From contig CAZTFR010000002.1 in the NCBI GenBank assembly GCA_964612945.1, positions 7,497 to 71,496 on the forward strand: a DNA stretch of 64,000 nucleotides, written 5' to 3'. The notes below the pieces were generated by a model. The model had not been told where the DNA came from. It made no database searches and saw only the letters and a program-made list of their open reading frames with translations. Positions 9,761 to 18,820 of the stretch are shown one piece after another (position 1 is the stretch's first letter; each line of letters opens with the position of its first letter). Made by a program: the position numbers and the translations under genes. The DNA is from an uncultured Thermoplasmatales archaeon. GTDB taxonomy: Archaea > Thermoplasmatota > E2 > DHVEG-1.

Positions 9761-10456
9761 ATGGGAGCAACAATGCACTTTCGAAAAACAATACTGATGC
9801 TAGTAGTTATATCAAGCCTTTTTTACTCTGTAGAAACTGCATCTGCAGGGTTTTTACAACCGGGAACCACAGAGTTTTTTGCACTCAGCATGGTTGTAGC
9901 AGCAATTCTTACCATTGCTGCTTTTTTTGCAATCGCAGGCGGTGTCAAATATGTCACCCCTGAAAATGTGCTTGACACGGAGATTCGAAAAAATTTGTAT
10001 GAATATATTGATGAATGCCCTGGTTCTCATCTGCGAGAGATCGCACGAGAACTTGAGCTAAAACCAAGTAATGCTGCTTGGCATCTGAGAAAGCTTGAGC
10101 AGACCAATCTTATCCGCAGTCGTAACATTGGCGGAAAACGGGTGTACTATCTCGTGGAGGGCGGTATTGAATCCCGCAAGCGCGCTGTTGCTGAGTCTAT
10201 TTTGAAAAACAAAAATGCGCTTCAGATCATCACCTATCTACATGATAATCCTGGTAAGCATCTGTTGGAAATCGCTCATGAACTCGGGTTAAATCATCAT
10301 GTCGTCAAATGGCATATCAATAAAATGACTGATTGTGAGCTTGTAGAAGGGGACATCAGTCACTCTGCATATCCGGTGTATTATCCAACTGATATTGGCA
10401 TCCAGGCGTTACAGATGCATCTTGAAGCAAAAATAGATGCAAAGCAAGCAAGCTAA
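9761..10456 (+). CDS. membrane-anchored tandem winged-helix transcriptional regulator
   Basis: Signal-like N-terminus and a TM segment, then two wHTH repeats (PGSHLREIAREL...WHLRKLE and PGKHLLEIAHEL...WHINKM). Confidence 0.75.
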   Translation: MGATMHFRKTILMLVVISSLFYSVETASAGFLQPGTTEFFALSMVVAAILTIAAFFAIAGGVKYVTPENVLDTEIRKNLYEYIDECPGSHLREIARELELKPSNAAWHLRKLEQTNLIRSRNIGGKRVYYLVEGGIESRKRAVAESILKNKNALQIITYLHDNPGKHLLEIAHELGLNHHVVKWHINKMTDCELVEGDISHSAYPVYYPTDIGIQALQMHLEAKIDAKQAS

Positions 10457-10478
10457 ACGGTACAACATCTCTGTTTGT

Positions 10479-10751
10479 TTAGAGTAGGCCTACGTCAACG
10501 ACTTCGACAGAATCAATGTGCTCAATGTTTTTAAGATCCTCTGCAATAGGATCGACCCCGCCTTCTTTGTCGGGCATGGTGATAGTAAGATCAATGCCCC
10601 TAAGTCCAAAGGCAACATTTTTTGGCTCCACTCGCCCAATTTTCACCGGATCTTTTATTCGATTTTTTATGTGTTTAATAACGGTTTCAAGTTCTTCATC
10701 AGAGAGGACATGTCCAGGCATCATTCGAATCAATGCAACAACTGTTCCCAT
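10479..10751 (-). CDS. ef1b: translation elongation factor 1-beta (aEF-1beta)
   Basis: 90 aa with VAFGLRGI motif and acidic C-terminus; preceded by the usual zinc-finger gene. Confidence 0.9.
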   Translation of the reverse strand: MGTVVALIRMMPGHVLSDEELETVIKHIKNRIKDPVKIGRVEPKNVAFGLRGIDLTITMPDKEGGVDPIAEDLKNIEHIDSVEVVDVGLL

Positions 10752-10769
10752 AGCTTTTTTGCCTCCGCG

Positions 10770-10934
10770 TTATGGTCCAATGAACTGGCATTTCGGGCAC
10801 ACGTAGCGTACGCTCTGCTCACGGCAACTACTACACCGTCCCAATATCTCATCACATTCTGGACAGTGCAGGGTTGTGGATCCTCGTTCAAGAAGTCCCT
10901 TTCCGCACGAAATACACCGGTCAGCCTTTTTCAT
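10770..10934 (-). CDS. small zinc-finger protein (DUF1610/HVO_2753-like), 54 aa
   Basis: Hand translation MKKADRCISCGKGLLERGSTTLHCPECDEILGRCSSCREQSVRYVCPKCQFIGP*; four CxxC motifs; conserved position upstream of aEF-1beta. Below the ORF-track cutoff. Confidence 0.9.
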   Translation of the reverse strand: MKKADRCISCGKGLLERGSTTLHCPECDEILGRCSSCREQSVRYVCPKCQFIGP

Positions 10935-10995
10935 AGGATTGGCGAATACGATATCTATTATTAAAAGGTGACGCCCACTGTTAGAAGAAAGAAAC

Positions 10996-12072
10996 CTATG
11001 ATGATTCTTTTTTTTTCACCATATCCATTGAAAACGAAGCAACTGATTTGAAAATCCGGTATTGAAAAATCGCACCTGCAATCAAATTCATATGATACGT
11101 GATGAATCGAAATAGAAGGACAAACACCCATATAATCTCCGCTCCAATCAATATACTGTACAACCCATAAACACCAAATTCGGTCACTGCAGCACTTCCT
11201 GGTGTTGTGGGAAGCATGACTAGTAAGATCAACAAAATTTGAGCGGCATAGGATTCTATAAAATGAGGTGGCAGTCCTAATCCCATGAGAATAAACGAGG
11301 GCATCATAAAACTGGTAAGCCACATCAGAATTGTCAATATCCCCGCTAAAAGAAGGCCTTTTTTCCCCTCCTTTGCAAACACCACCATGCTGGTATGAAA
11401 ATTGTCTACCTCCCTGTTGATTCGCTGGACCACTCTGCTTTTTCCCCCTTCTTTTTGTCCCTTTGAAAAACGGCTCAATTTTATATCAAGCCATACAAGA
11501 AATGACTTAATCTTTGCAGGGTTTGCAATAATCCATAAAAAGAGTACAATAGCAATACCAAAAACAATCATTCCCACAGTTAAGGCGATGTTAAACCATG
11601 GATTTTCAATATTATCTTTAAAGATTAAAAAACCAACAGGTACAGCACATATAATAAAGACAGCATCCAAGAGACGTTCTCCCAGAACTGAGGCAGTTGC
11701 TCCACCAAGGGTCATGCCGTCCTTGTTCAGCAGATGAACACGCACCGGCTCACCACCTGCCATAGACGGAGTGATGCCTGCGAGAAATAAATTGGCAATC
11801 ACAATCTTTGTAGCACTCCATAGACTAATATGAACGTCTGGATCAATCGTGTTACTCAGCACCTTCAAACGGGCACCCCACACCGTCCAAAAACAGATAT
11901 TGATAATCATTGCGCCAAGAAAAAACTCATATCGAATGGTCTCATCGGATAGATATGTAATGGTTTCCGGTTCAATCGTAAAAACAAGTATAGCAAGAAT
12001 CAACCCTATACTTAAAGCAAGACTTGCAATAATAGAATACTTAACGGTCTTGGGTTTGTCCCTTGAGGCCAC
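10996..12072 (-). CDS. flippase-like / lysylphosphatidylglycerol-synthase TM domain protein (UPF0104)
   Basis: Polytopic; ITPSMAGGEPVR, ERLLD, PTTPGSAAVTE, FRFITY. Confidence 0.85.
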   Translation of the reverse strand: MASRDKPKTVKYSIIASLALSIGLILAILVFTIEPETITYLSDETIRYEFFLGAMIINICFWTVWGARLKVLSNTIDPDVHISLWSATKIVIANLFLAGITPSMAGGEPVRVHLLNKDGMTLGGATASVLGERLLDAVFIICAVPVGFLIFKDNIENPWFNIALTVGMIVFGIAIVLFLWIIANPAKIKSFLVWLDIKLSRFSKGQKEGGKSRVVQRINREVDNFHTSMVVFAKEGKKGLLLAGILTILMWLTSFMMPSFILMGLGLPPHFIESYAAQILLILLVMLPTTPGSAAVTEFGVYGLYSILIGAEIIWVFVLLFRFITYHMNLIAGAIFQYRIFKSVASFSMDMVKKKESS

Positions 12073-12183
12073 AGAGAAGATAACCTTGCAGCGATATATG
12101 TCTGTTATGGTTTAGAAAAGTAAAAAACCTTATCACAGAGCAATGGATACCACGACAAAAAAATAACCACTCGAGTTTTCCCA

Positions 12184-13134
12184 ATGAAACGATTACCTCT
12201 CTTAAAATATCTACAAACCACCCGATATGCGTTTACAAATTATGCCAAACGAGAGTGCATTTACCCGTTTTATGCCTCCTTTAAGGTTACTCACCGATGT
12301 GGTCTACGATGTGACTTCTGCAATGTATGGATGGAAGGCACGCCTGATCTTTCTAAGAAGGATGTTTTTACCGTTCTTGACAATATTGGCAACTCAAGCA
12401 TTGTCGTCTTAAGCTTGGAAGGTGGGGATCCATTGATGCGAAAGGATCTTGGAGAAATCCTCCAGTACGCGCATCACAAACCCTTTTACCTTTTCTTCAC
12501 TACCAACGGCCATCTTTTGAATAAACGACCTATGAAAGAATACGGACAACATATCGATTATCTACACATTAGCATCGACGAAGGACACAACAATCTCCAG
12601 TTTTTTGAAAGACTGGAAGAATTCCAAAGCTATGGGCCGGAAATCTGTATCCAAACTGTTGTCACCAACGACACCCTTCCAAATATCGAAGAGAAAGTAA
12701 AACGCGTCTATGAGGTCAATGCACGCACTGTTATTATGCCTGCTTGCCATCTCGACGGTACCGACGATTACTACCCGGATCCACAGAAATTCAGAGCAGA
12801 AATTCTCCGTCTTAAAAAGAAATATCCCAATACTATTACAACGCCAAGAGGATTCCTAAACAACATCAATAAACCACATGGCTGTTCCACATCCTCCGTT
12901 ATTATTGACTCCGATGGAGGGCTGTTTTATCCCTGCCGTACCATTGGGAAACGACTGTTTAACTTCACAGAGGGATCATTTATGGAGTTTCTTCATACGC
13001 CAGAGGCATCGCAGGCTCGAAGGCAAATGATGGAGTGCAAAAGACGGTGTGGATGGTATCAATATTTTGCCACTGATGTTTTTGCAAGTCCCCTATCAAT
13101 TCTTTCTTCATTAAAACCCTATCTTTTCAAATAA
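12184..13134 (+). CDS. radical SAM protein with C-terminal SPASM/Twitch-like cysteines
   Basis: CGLRCDFC (CxxxCxxC), EGGDP, TTNG, ISID, then GC...IDSDG..YPC...CKRRC. Confidence 0.9.
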   Translation: MKRLPLLKYLQTTRYAFTNYAKRECIYPFYASFKVTHRCGLRCDFCNVWMEGTPDLSKKDVFTVLDNIGNSSIVVLSLEGGDPLMRKDLGEILQYAHHKPFYLFFTTNGHLLNKRPMKEYGQHIDYLHISIDEGHNNLQFFERLEEFQSYGPEICIQTVVTNDTLPNIEEKVKRVYEVNARTVIMPACHLDGTDDYYPDPQKFRAEILRLKKKYPNTITTPRGFLNNINKPHGCSTSSVIIDSDGGLFYPCRTIGKRLFNFTEGSFMEFLHTPEASQARRQMMECKRRCGWYQYFATDVFASPLSILSSLKPYLFK

Positions 13135-13140
13135 AGCAGG

Positions 13141-14259
13141 TTAGCACTGAATAGAAGAGTGAGAGGAAAGAACATCCTCATACACCTGTTCTGTTTTCTG
13201 TGCAACCTCCGTCCAACTCATGGTTTGAAGTATATGCTCTCGGGCTTTTTTCCCCATCTCCAACGCGGTTTCTTTGTTGGTAAGCAGGTATTCTATTTTT
13301 TCTGAAAGTTCCTCAGCTGTATCATGTTCAAGAATCATTCCTCTCTCGTTTTCTCCAAGAAGCTCCCCTGCTTTTCCAACATCAGATGAAATCACAGGTA
13401 ATCCACAAGCCATCGCCTCACCAATGACAAGACCCCAGCTCTCACCTCGCGAAGGAAGAGCAGCAACATCAGCGCCACGAGCATACTCAAGAAGCATATC
13501 ATGGGGAAGATACCCTGTAAAAATGATATTTTCATTTCCCTTAGCAACCTTCTGGAGCATTGGCCGATCTGGTCCTTTTCCAATGATTACAAGCTTTATG
13601 TCAGCATTATCAAGAATTTGAAAAGCTTTGATAAGCAGTTGAATGTTTTTTTGATATCCAATTCTCCCCCAGTATATCACAAGATGTTTACATCCAAGCT
13701 TCTGTTTAATATCCGAGATTCCTGGAGAGTATTTTTCGGTGTCAATACCATTTGGTATAAACGCTAGTTTCTGCGGATCAATACCCCACTCAACATAGGT
13801 CTCTAGATAGTCATTGTTGACACAGATGAGTTTATCAACAGCGCTTGCAGAGAGAAGCGTCACCCATTTGATGATTCCTCGATAAAAAAAGGAGAAGATT
13901 TTATTTCCCTTGAAATCTAATATGTAATGGGTTGTCATCACACAGGGCAGTTTTTTTGAGCGCAGGATGCCCCAACAAAAGGTAAACAAGGGTCCATGAA
14001 GATGAACAAGATCAATCTTATTTTTTTTAAAAAGCCTAATAATCTTTCGGTAGGAACCGGGTGGATTTATGAAAAATATTTCCCAAAATGAAAAAAGGGT
14101 TGGAATATGAAAGAAGAGGTGGTCGTTTTCTTTTTGATAGCCTGATTTCTTTGTATTCCCACTGATACAGAGTGTTGTAACCTTCATTCTTTTCACAAGC
14201 TCTACTACGTGGGTATATACCCCTCCCTCCTTGTATGTGGTTATTTCAGCAACGTTCAT
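13141..14259 (-). CDS. glycosyltransferase family 4 (GT-B)
   Basis: GGVYTHV, IPNGID, GRIGYQKN, ESWGLVIGEAMACGLPVI. Confidence 0.9.
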   Translation of the reverse strand: MNVAEITTYKEGGVYTHVVELVKRMKVTTLCISGNTKKSGYQKENDHLFFHIPTLFSFWEIFFINPPGSYRKIIRLFKKNKIDLVHLHGPLFTFCWGILRSKKLPCVMTTHYILDFKGNKIFSFFYRGIIKWVTLLSASAVDKLICVNNDYLETYVEWGIDPQKLAFIPNGIDTEKYSPGISDIKQKLGCKHLVIYWGRIGYQKNIQLLIKAFQILDNADIKLVIIGKGPDRPMLQKVAKGNENIIFTGYLPHDMLLEYARGADVAALPSRGESWGLVIGEAMACGLPVISSDVGKAGELLGENERGMILEHDTAEELSEKIEYLLTNKETALEMGKKAREHILQTMSWTEVAQKTEQVYEDVLSSHSSIQC

Positions 14260-16145
14260 GGAAACCAGATTTTTGATATTAGCGTACTTTCATTTCTTCG
14301 TTCGTAGTTCAGATACGTCCAGTTGACTTCGTAGAGTTCTGTCCAATGAATTTCTTCGAGGTCTTCATTAACAGTTGCATTACGATAAATGCTGGTGAAA
14401 AGTGGTGGTGCAAATTTATCATAGGATTCATTGGTCATATATTCAATATTGGCAAAGCCGACATGAACTACCCGTTCCCGCATAATATCATCAATAATGA
14501 CATGAGTAATTCTGGAATATTTTTTATCTTGACCGGTCAGTTCCTCGATATAATCAGTGAGATTTTCAGTAGACCAAATCATACTGGCATCGTCCAGAGT
14601 GGTGTTAAAGCCATTGGCTTCTGCAATACGAGCAAGTCGATGATCTGAGGCGATAACTGTGGTGTTTCTGTCCAAGTTTTTACTCATCCAATCAATAACG
14701 GCCAAGTTCTCATCAGTGATTGATTCATAGGATGCATTCAGTGCGACATGAGATGGATAGACGGAGACCGCATTCGTGGTTACTAAAATCAGCACAATGG
14801 CAACAAAGACGAGCTGTCGGTTATGCATGACTTGTTCCTTGATTTTTTCTATATTCCACTCCCATGAGAACTGTACATCGGAGATTTTTTGTCGTAACCC
14901 TGAAGAAAAGTCGGCATGATCAACAAGACCCCGCAGACCATACACGGCGATAACACTCAAGGAAGCCATGATGTATTCGAGATGACGATGTGGAAATAAA
15001 ATAGCGCTATTGGTCATGAGTGCGTACACAAACGAGGCGGAAATGGCAAGAAGCCATCCACGTATAAAATAACCGTTTGGAATAAAACGGGTGGACCGAA
15101 ATCCTGCTACCCCCAAGCCGATCATAAGAACCAGGGGTGTTGCGTAGACGATAGAAAGAACAGTGAAGCTAAAATTAGTCCACGGCATCTTTACAAGAGT
15201 AAATGCAATCATTGCAGAAAAACAAATACAGATTGTCACAATAAATCTAAGTAGATGCTGCCGGAAGCGTAAAGGATTTTTTGATTGAAAGAGCCTTAGT
15301 TTTCTTTTCAACCAGATAATGCCAAAAAGGGAAAAAAAGAGCACATAGAATACCAGGATAGTACCGTTTGCACCAAGAGACACTGGACCAATGGTAAGAC
15401 CATATCTCATAAACATTTTATACACCGGTTGAGCGATTATTGCCCAATACGAAAAGACAATGCCACTTGCAATAAGAACGTAGAGTACGTCTTTTTTCAC
15501 CGAGGGTGTCCATTGTTTTGCCCCTGCATTTTCAAAAAAGATAATAAACACCAGAGTAAGCATGTAGAAATAGGTGGTGAGATGATGAGACATTACAAGC
15601 AGTATGGTGCTGATGAGAAGAGGAATAAGATAGATTGTTTTTGTTCGATATTTTACAAAAATAAACAAAGAGAGCATGAAGAAAAAATGTCCCATGGTCA
15701 GTGGTGATGCATGGCTCGTTTGATAGACATGAAAGGGCATGACGGCAAGAAAAAGACTGGAGAGAAGTGCTATTTTTCTGTTTTTAAGGAGTTCATTGAT
15801 AAGAAAGTAAAAGATAAAGATGGTGAGTCCACCAAAGATAGGGGCAAGTTTTGGCATAATCACCAGCACATCTATTCCTGTAATCCAATGAACAAGCCCG
15901 GTGATTGCATAAAGAACCGGGAAATACTCATACGAATTTCCCCATCCCGTATAAGGAGCGAATAACTCCCCGCTTTTCACAAAGGAGTTGGTAAGCCCAT
16001 AGTAAATTCCAAAATCACATCCCCAGGCTGCATTGGTCCAGGCGGGAATTGATCGGATGAAGATAGCAATTCCAGTAATGAGTAGGAGGTACATCTTCCA
16101 ATTTGTTTTCAACGCAGAGAGGTGTGTGTGAATCGTTTCGTTCAA
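14256..16145 (-). CDS. polytopic membrane protein, probable GT-C-fold glycosyltransferase
   Basis: About 13 hydrophobic segments, acidic residue in first outer loop (WGCD), SHHLT, RHLEY, soluble C-terminal domain; TTG start with GAGGAG SD; 4-nt overlap with the GT4 gene. Confidence 0.65.
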   Translation of the reverse strand: MNETIHTHLSALKTNWKMYLLLITGIAIFIRSIPAWTNAAWGCDFGIYYGLTNSFVKSGELFAPYTGWGNSYEYFPVLYAITGLVHWITGIDVLVIMPKLAPIFGGLTIFIFYFLINELLKNRKIALLSSLFLAVMPFHVYQTSHASPLTMGHFFFMLSLFIFVKYRTKTIYLIPLLISTILLVMSHHLTTYFYMLTLVFIIFFENAGAKQWTPSVKKDVLYVLIASGIVFSYWAIIAQPVYKMFMRYGLTIGPVSLGANGTILVFYVLFFSLFGIIWLKRKLRLFQSKNPLRFRQHLLRFIVTICICFSAMIAFTLVKMPWTNFSFTVLSIVYATPLVLMIGLGVAGFRSTRFIPNGYFIRGWLLAISASFVYALMTNSAILFPHRHLEYIMASLSVIAVYGLRGLVDHADFSSGLRQKISDVQFSWEWNIEKIKEQVMHNRQLVFVAIVLILVTTNAVSVYPSHVALNASYESITDENLAVIDWMSKNLDRNTTVIASDHRLARIAEANGFNTTLDDASMIWSTENLTDYIEELTGQDKKYSRITHVIIDDIMRERVVHVGFANIEYMTNESYDKFAPPLFTSIYRNATVNEDLEEIHWTELYEVNWTYLNYERRNESTLISKIWFP

Positions 16146-16210
16146 CTCCTCATCCGAAATGTGATAAAAAGCGTAATATTCTTAAGATATATTAATACAT
16201 AGTGGTGTAC

Positions 16211-17299
16211 TTATCTAAAAGGGCTTGTTTTATCTTTGTAGATTATATCAAGGATGTTTTCCACTGTTTTATGCACATCACAACGCCGGGTAATACCCGT
16301 TGTTTGCTGTGCCTTTTGTACATCAGAAGCAAGATCCATATGCTCCTGGTGTACCGCGTAGAAGGTTCCTTTTTTTGTATGATAGGAGGCAAGGTATTCC
16401 TGTTCGATTTGTCCTGGTGTTGGTGTCATAAGTGCTTTGGTGTTGAGAATAGCGAGGTCCATGATCGTTGAGTACCCACTTCTTGAGATGATCAGCTGCG
16501 CTCGGTTCATCAGTTCTTCTCGTTTTTGTTTGGACAGATAAGAGTAAATTTTAACGTTATCGCAGTCACTTTTTTCTTGTGCTTCAGTCTTTCCAAGGGT
16601 TACGACAATAGAGCCGGAAAGATCGGGGAGTTGTGACAGTATTTTTTTTTCCAGCATGCTGCGTTGTGGTTCCGGTCCGGATAGAGAGACAAGGTAGTTG
16701 ATGTCTTTTTTAGTTCTTTGTTTGTTGAAATCAGAGAGAACTCCGACATAGTGAAGTTTGTTTTCATCGATTTTTTTGAGGTTATGTGAGAGATCACCGG
16801 AGAGATCATCGGTTGTGTAGTCGGGGATGATAATACCACGGAATCGTTTAAAGAAAAACAGGTTGAATGTTTCGCTTCCTCTTTCAAGAACACGCATACG
16901 TAGCGGGTTCATGATGCGTGGTTGATGGGTGATAAAATAGGAGGGAATGCTTCTGCTATACATATCGTAGCGTGCATCTGAGATGATTCGGTCGCAGGGT
17001 GTGTGTTCAAGTATTTTTTTTAAATAGCGAAAACCGTGATGAATGCTTTTTATAAACGTTGGCCAGTAGATCATGCTTTTTGCCATGAATTGTCGTGCGT
17101 TGTTGGAAAGAAGCATCGGGTAATCCGGAAGATCAATGTAGGAGGCCGCATCTCCAAGTTCTTCTTTGAGCAGATGGAGGCTTCGGCCGTGGGTGATTAT
17201 AGTGAGCGTGTGATTTTCTGTGAGGAGTTTTCTGATAACGGGAAGTGATCGGGTCGCATGGCCAAGTCCCCAGGAGCAGATTCCATAAAAGATGTGCAT
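16211..17299 (-). CDS. GT-B glycosyltransferase (GT1/GT28-like, MJ1255-like)
   Basis: GLGHATRS, ISRSGYSTIMD, PTPGQIEQEYLA. Confidence 0.85.
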   Translation of the reverse strand: MHIFYGICSWGLGHATRSLPVIRKLLTENHTLTIITHGRSLHLLKEELGDAASYIDLPDYPMLLSNNARQFMAKSMIYWPTFIKSIHHGFRYLKKILEHTPCDRIISDARYDMYSRSIPSYFITHQPRIMNPLRMRVLERGSETFNLFFFKRFRGIIIPDYTTDDLSGDLSHNLKKIDENKLHYVGVLSDFNKQRTKKDINYLVSLSGPEPQRSMLEKKILSQLPDLSGSIVVTLGKTEAQEKSDCDNVKIYSYLSKQKREELMNRAQLIISRSGYSTIMDLAILNTKALMTPTPGQIEQEYLASYHTKKGTFYAVHQEHMDLASDVQKAQQTTGITRRCDVHKTVENILDIIYKDKTSPFR

Positions 17300-17389
17300 G
17301 AGCAGTCAGGGTGAATATTTGTTGTGCTGTTAAATACATTTGTGACATGGTATTGATTTATATAGGGGGATGTCTTTGCGTCGATGTAG

Positions 17390-18211
17390 ATGAGGTTTGT
17401 TGAAAAACTACATCGGCGGGTGAACAAAACTGAGAGTCTGCTGTGTGTTGGTCTTGATGTAGACTCAAGTCGCATACCCTCGTTTCTTTTTGATACCGAG
17501 TCTGATCCCCTCCATATCTTTCTTCAAAAAATTATTGATGCAACGAAAAATAATGTGTGCGCGTATAAACTGAATCTGGCATTCTATGAAGCCTTAGGTG
17601 TTTCTGGATTTGATCTATTACAGAAAACGATTTCCTCTATTCCTTCTGATATCGTGGTGATTCTTGATGGAAAGCGCAATGATATCGGCAACACCGCGCA
17701 AAAATATGCCCAGGCTCTGTATGAAACGTTTCATGCTGATGCGGTAACCATAAATCCATATCTGGGAAGCGATAGTGTTCATCCGTTTCTTACCTACGAG
17801 GATAAATACAGTTTTATTCTCTGTAGAACCTCTAATCCCTCGGCAGCAGATTTTCAAGATCTAATAAGCGATACAACGCCATTATATCAGCATGTTGCCA
17901 CAAAAATAAAAGAGTGGAATGCAACAGGGAACTGTGGGGCAGTTGTTGGTGCAACCTATCCCAAAGAGCTCAAAACCATCCGCTCTATTGTAGGAGACGA
18001 TTGCGTGCTTCTCATCCCTGGTGTTGGCGCACAGGGCGGGTCTGTTGAAAAAGCAGTTGTGTATGGAACAAATCGCAACGGAGAACATGCCATCATCACA
18101 TCCTCACGAGGAATTATCTATGCCTCCTCTGATGAAACATTTGCTCAAAAGGCACAACACAACGCACACCAGCTTCAAAAACAAATCAACTCCTTCCGAA
18201 CTACTGCGTAG
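17390..18211 (+). CDS. pyrF: orotidine-5'-phosphate decarboxylase
   Basis: LCVGLD, AYKLNLAFYE, DGKRNDIGNT, RTSNP, GAVVGAT, PGVGAQGG, SSRGI. Confidence 0.95.
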   Translation: MRFVEKLHRRVNKTESLLCVGLDVDSSRIPSFLFDTESDPLHIFLQKIIDATKNNVCAYKLNLAFYEALGVSGFDLLQKTISSIPSDIVVILDGKRNDIGNTAQKYAQALYETFHADAVTINPYLGSDSVHPFLTYEDKYSFILCRTSNPSAADFQDLISDTTPLYQHVATKIKEWNATGNCGAVVGATYPKELKTIRSIVGDDCVLLIPGVGAQGGSVEKAVVYGTNRNGEHAIITSSRGIIYASSDETFAQKAQHNAHQLQKQINSFRTTA

Positions 18212-18684
18212 AAGAGACATAACGTTAAAATACAAGGATACTATCTTTTCTTTCTGCCTTGATTCGAAGATCTTCATGATATCGTGATTGAAGAAGCAAG
18301 GTCAAGGCGACAACCTGATGCCGACAATAGGGTCCCTCTTTGATCAATCCGACGTACCGTCAAGAAGTGAAAATGAGGACAACCACGGTGTCAGAAAGCT
18401 GTCGCGACATGTGATGCAGCTTGATCTTTCTGCTGCGTTATAAAGGTCATGCTGTAGCAACACCCAACACTCTATTTTTTGTGTGTTGGGTGACAGCGAC
18501 AAATACCGTTTTTTCCTCCAATTTTTATTGATACATTCAGATAGGGTTATATTCCAGAGATTCATATCAAAAAGAAACCATCGTTGATGAAATAGGTTTT
18601 CTTTGAGAGGTATATAGCGTACTATCTCCCCAGACAAAGGATGATAAAAAAACGAAAGGTTTAAAGTGATTAAGCGTTTCACTC

Positions 18685-18820
18685 AACTGGAATTGTCCTT
18701 ATCGAGGGCAGATAATTCCAGTTACTGCTGGGAAGGTTTGTACTGAGGAGACGCAAAGCGCTAGTGTGAGCTGAGCTACTGAAGACAAATAGTAAGCAGT
18801 GAAGATAAGGAAGAAAAAGT
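18685..18820 (+). promoter_or_regulatory. putative structured 5' leader of glycogen operon
   Basis: BRE/TATA-like CGAAAGG-TTTAAAG at 18653-18666; 13-bp stem 18685-18697/18711-18723; second stem 18722-18729/18795-18802; ATG at 18821. Confidence 0.45.

Noticed and set aside
18750..18759. GACGCAAAGC resembling the c-di-GMP-I (GEMM) riboswitch core
   Set aside because: The upstream GGCAAAC/GNRA tetraloop and downstream receptor elements are not evident; kept only as an unclassified structured leader.
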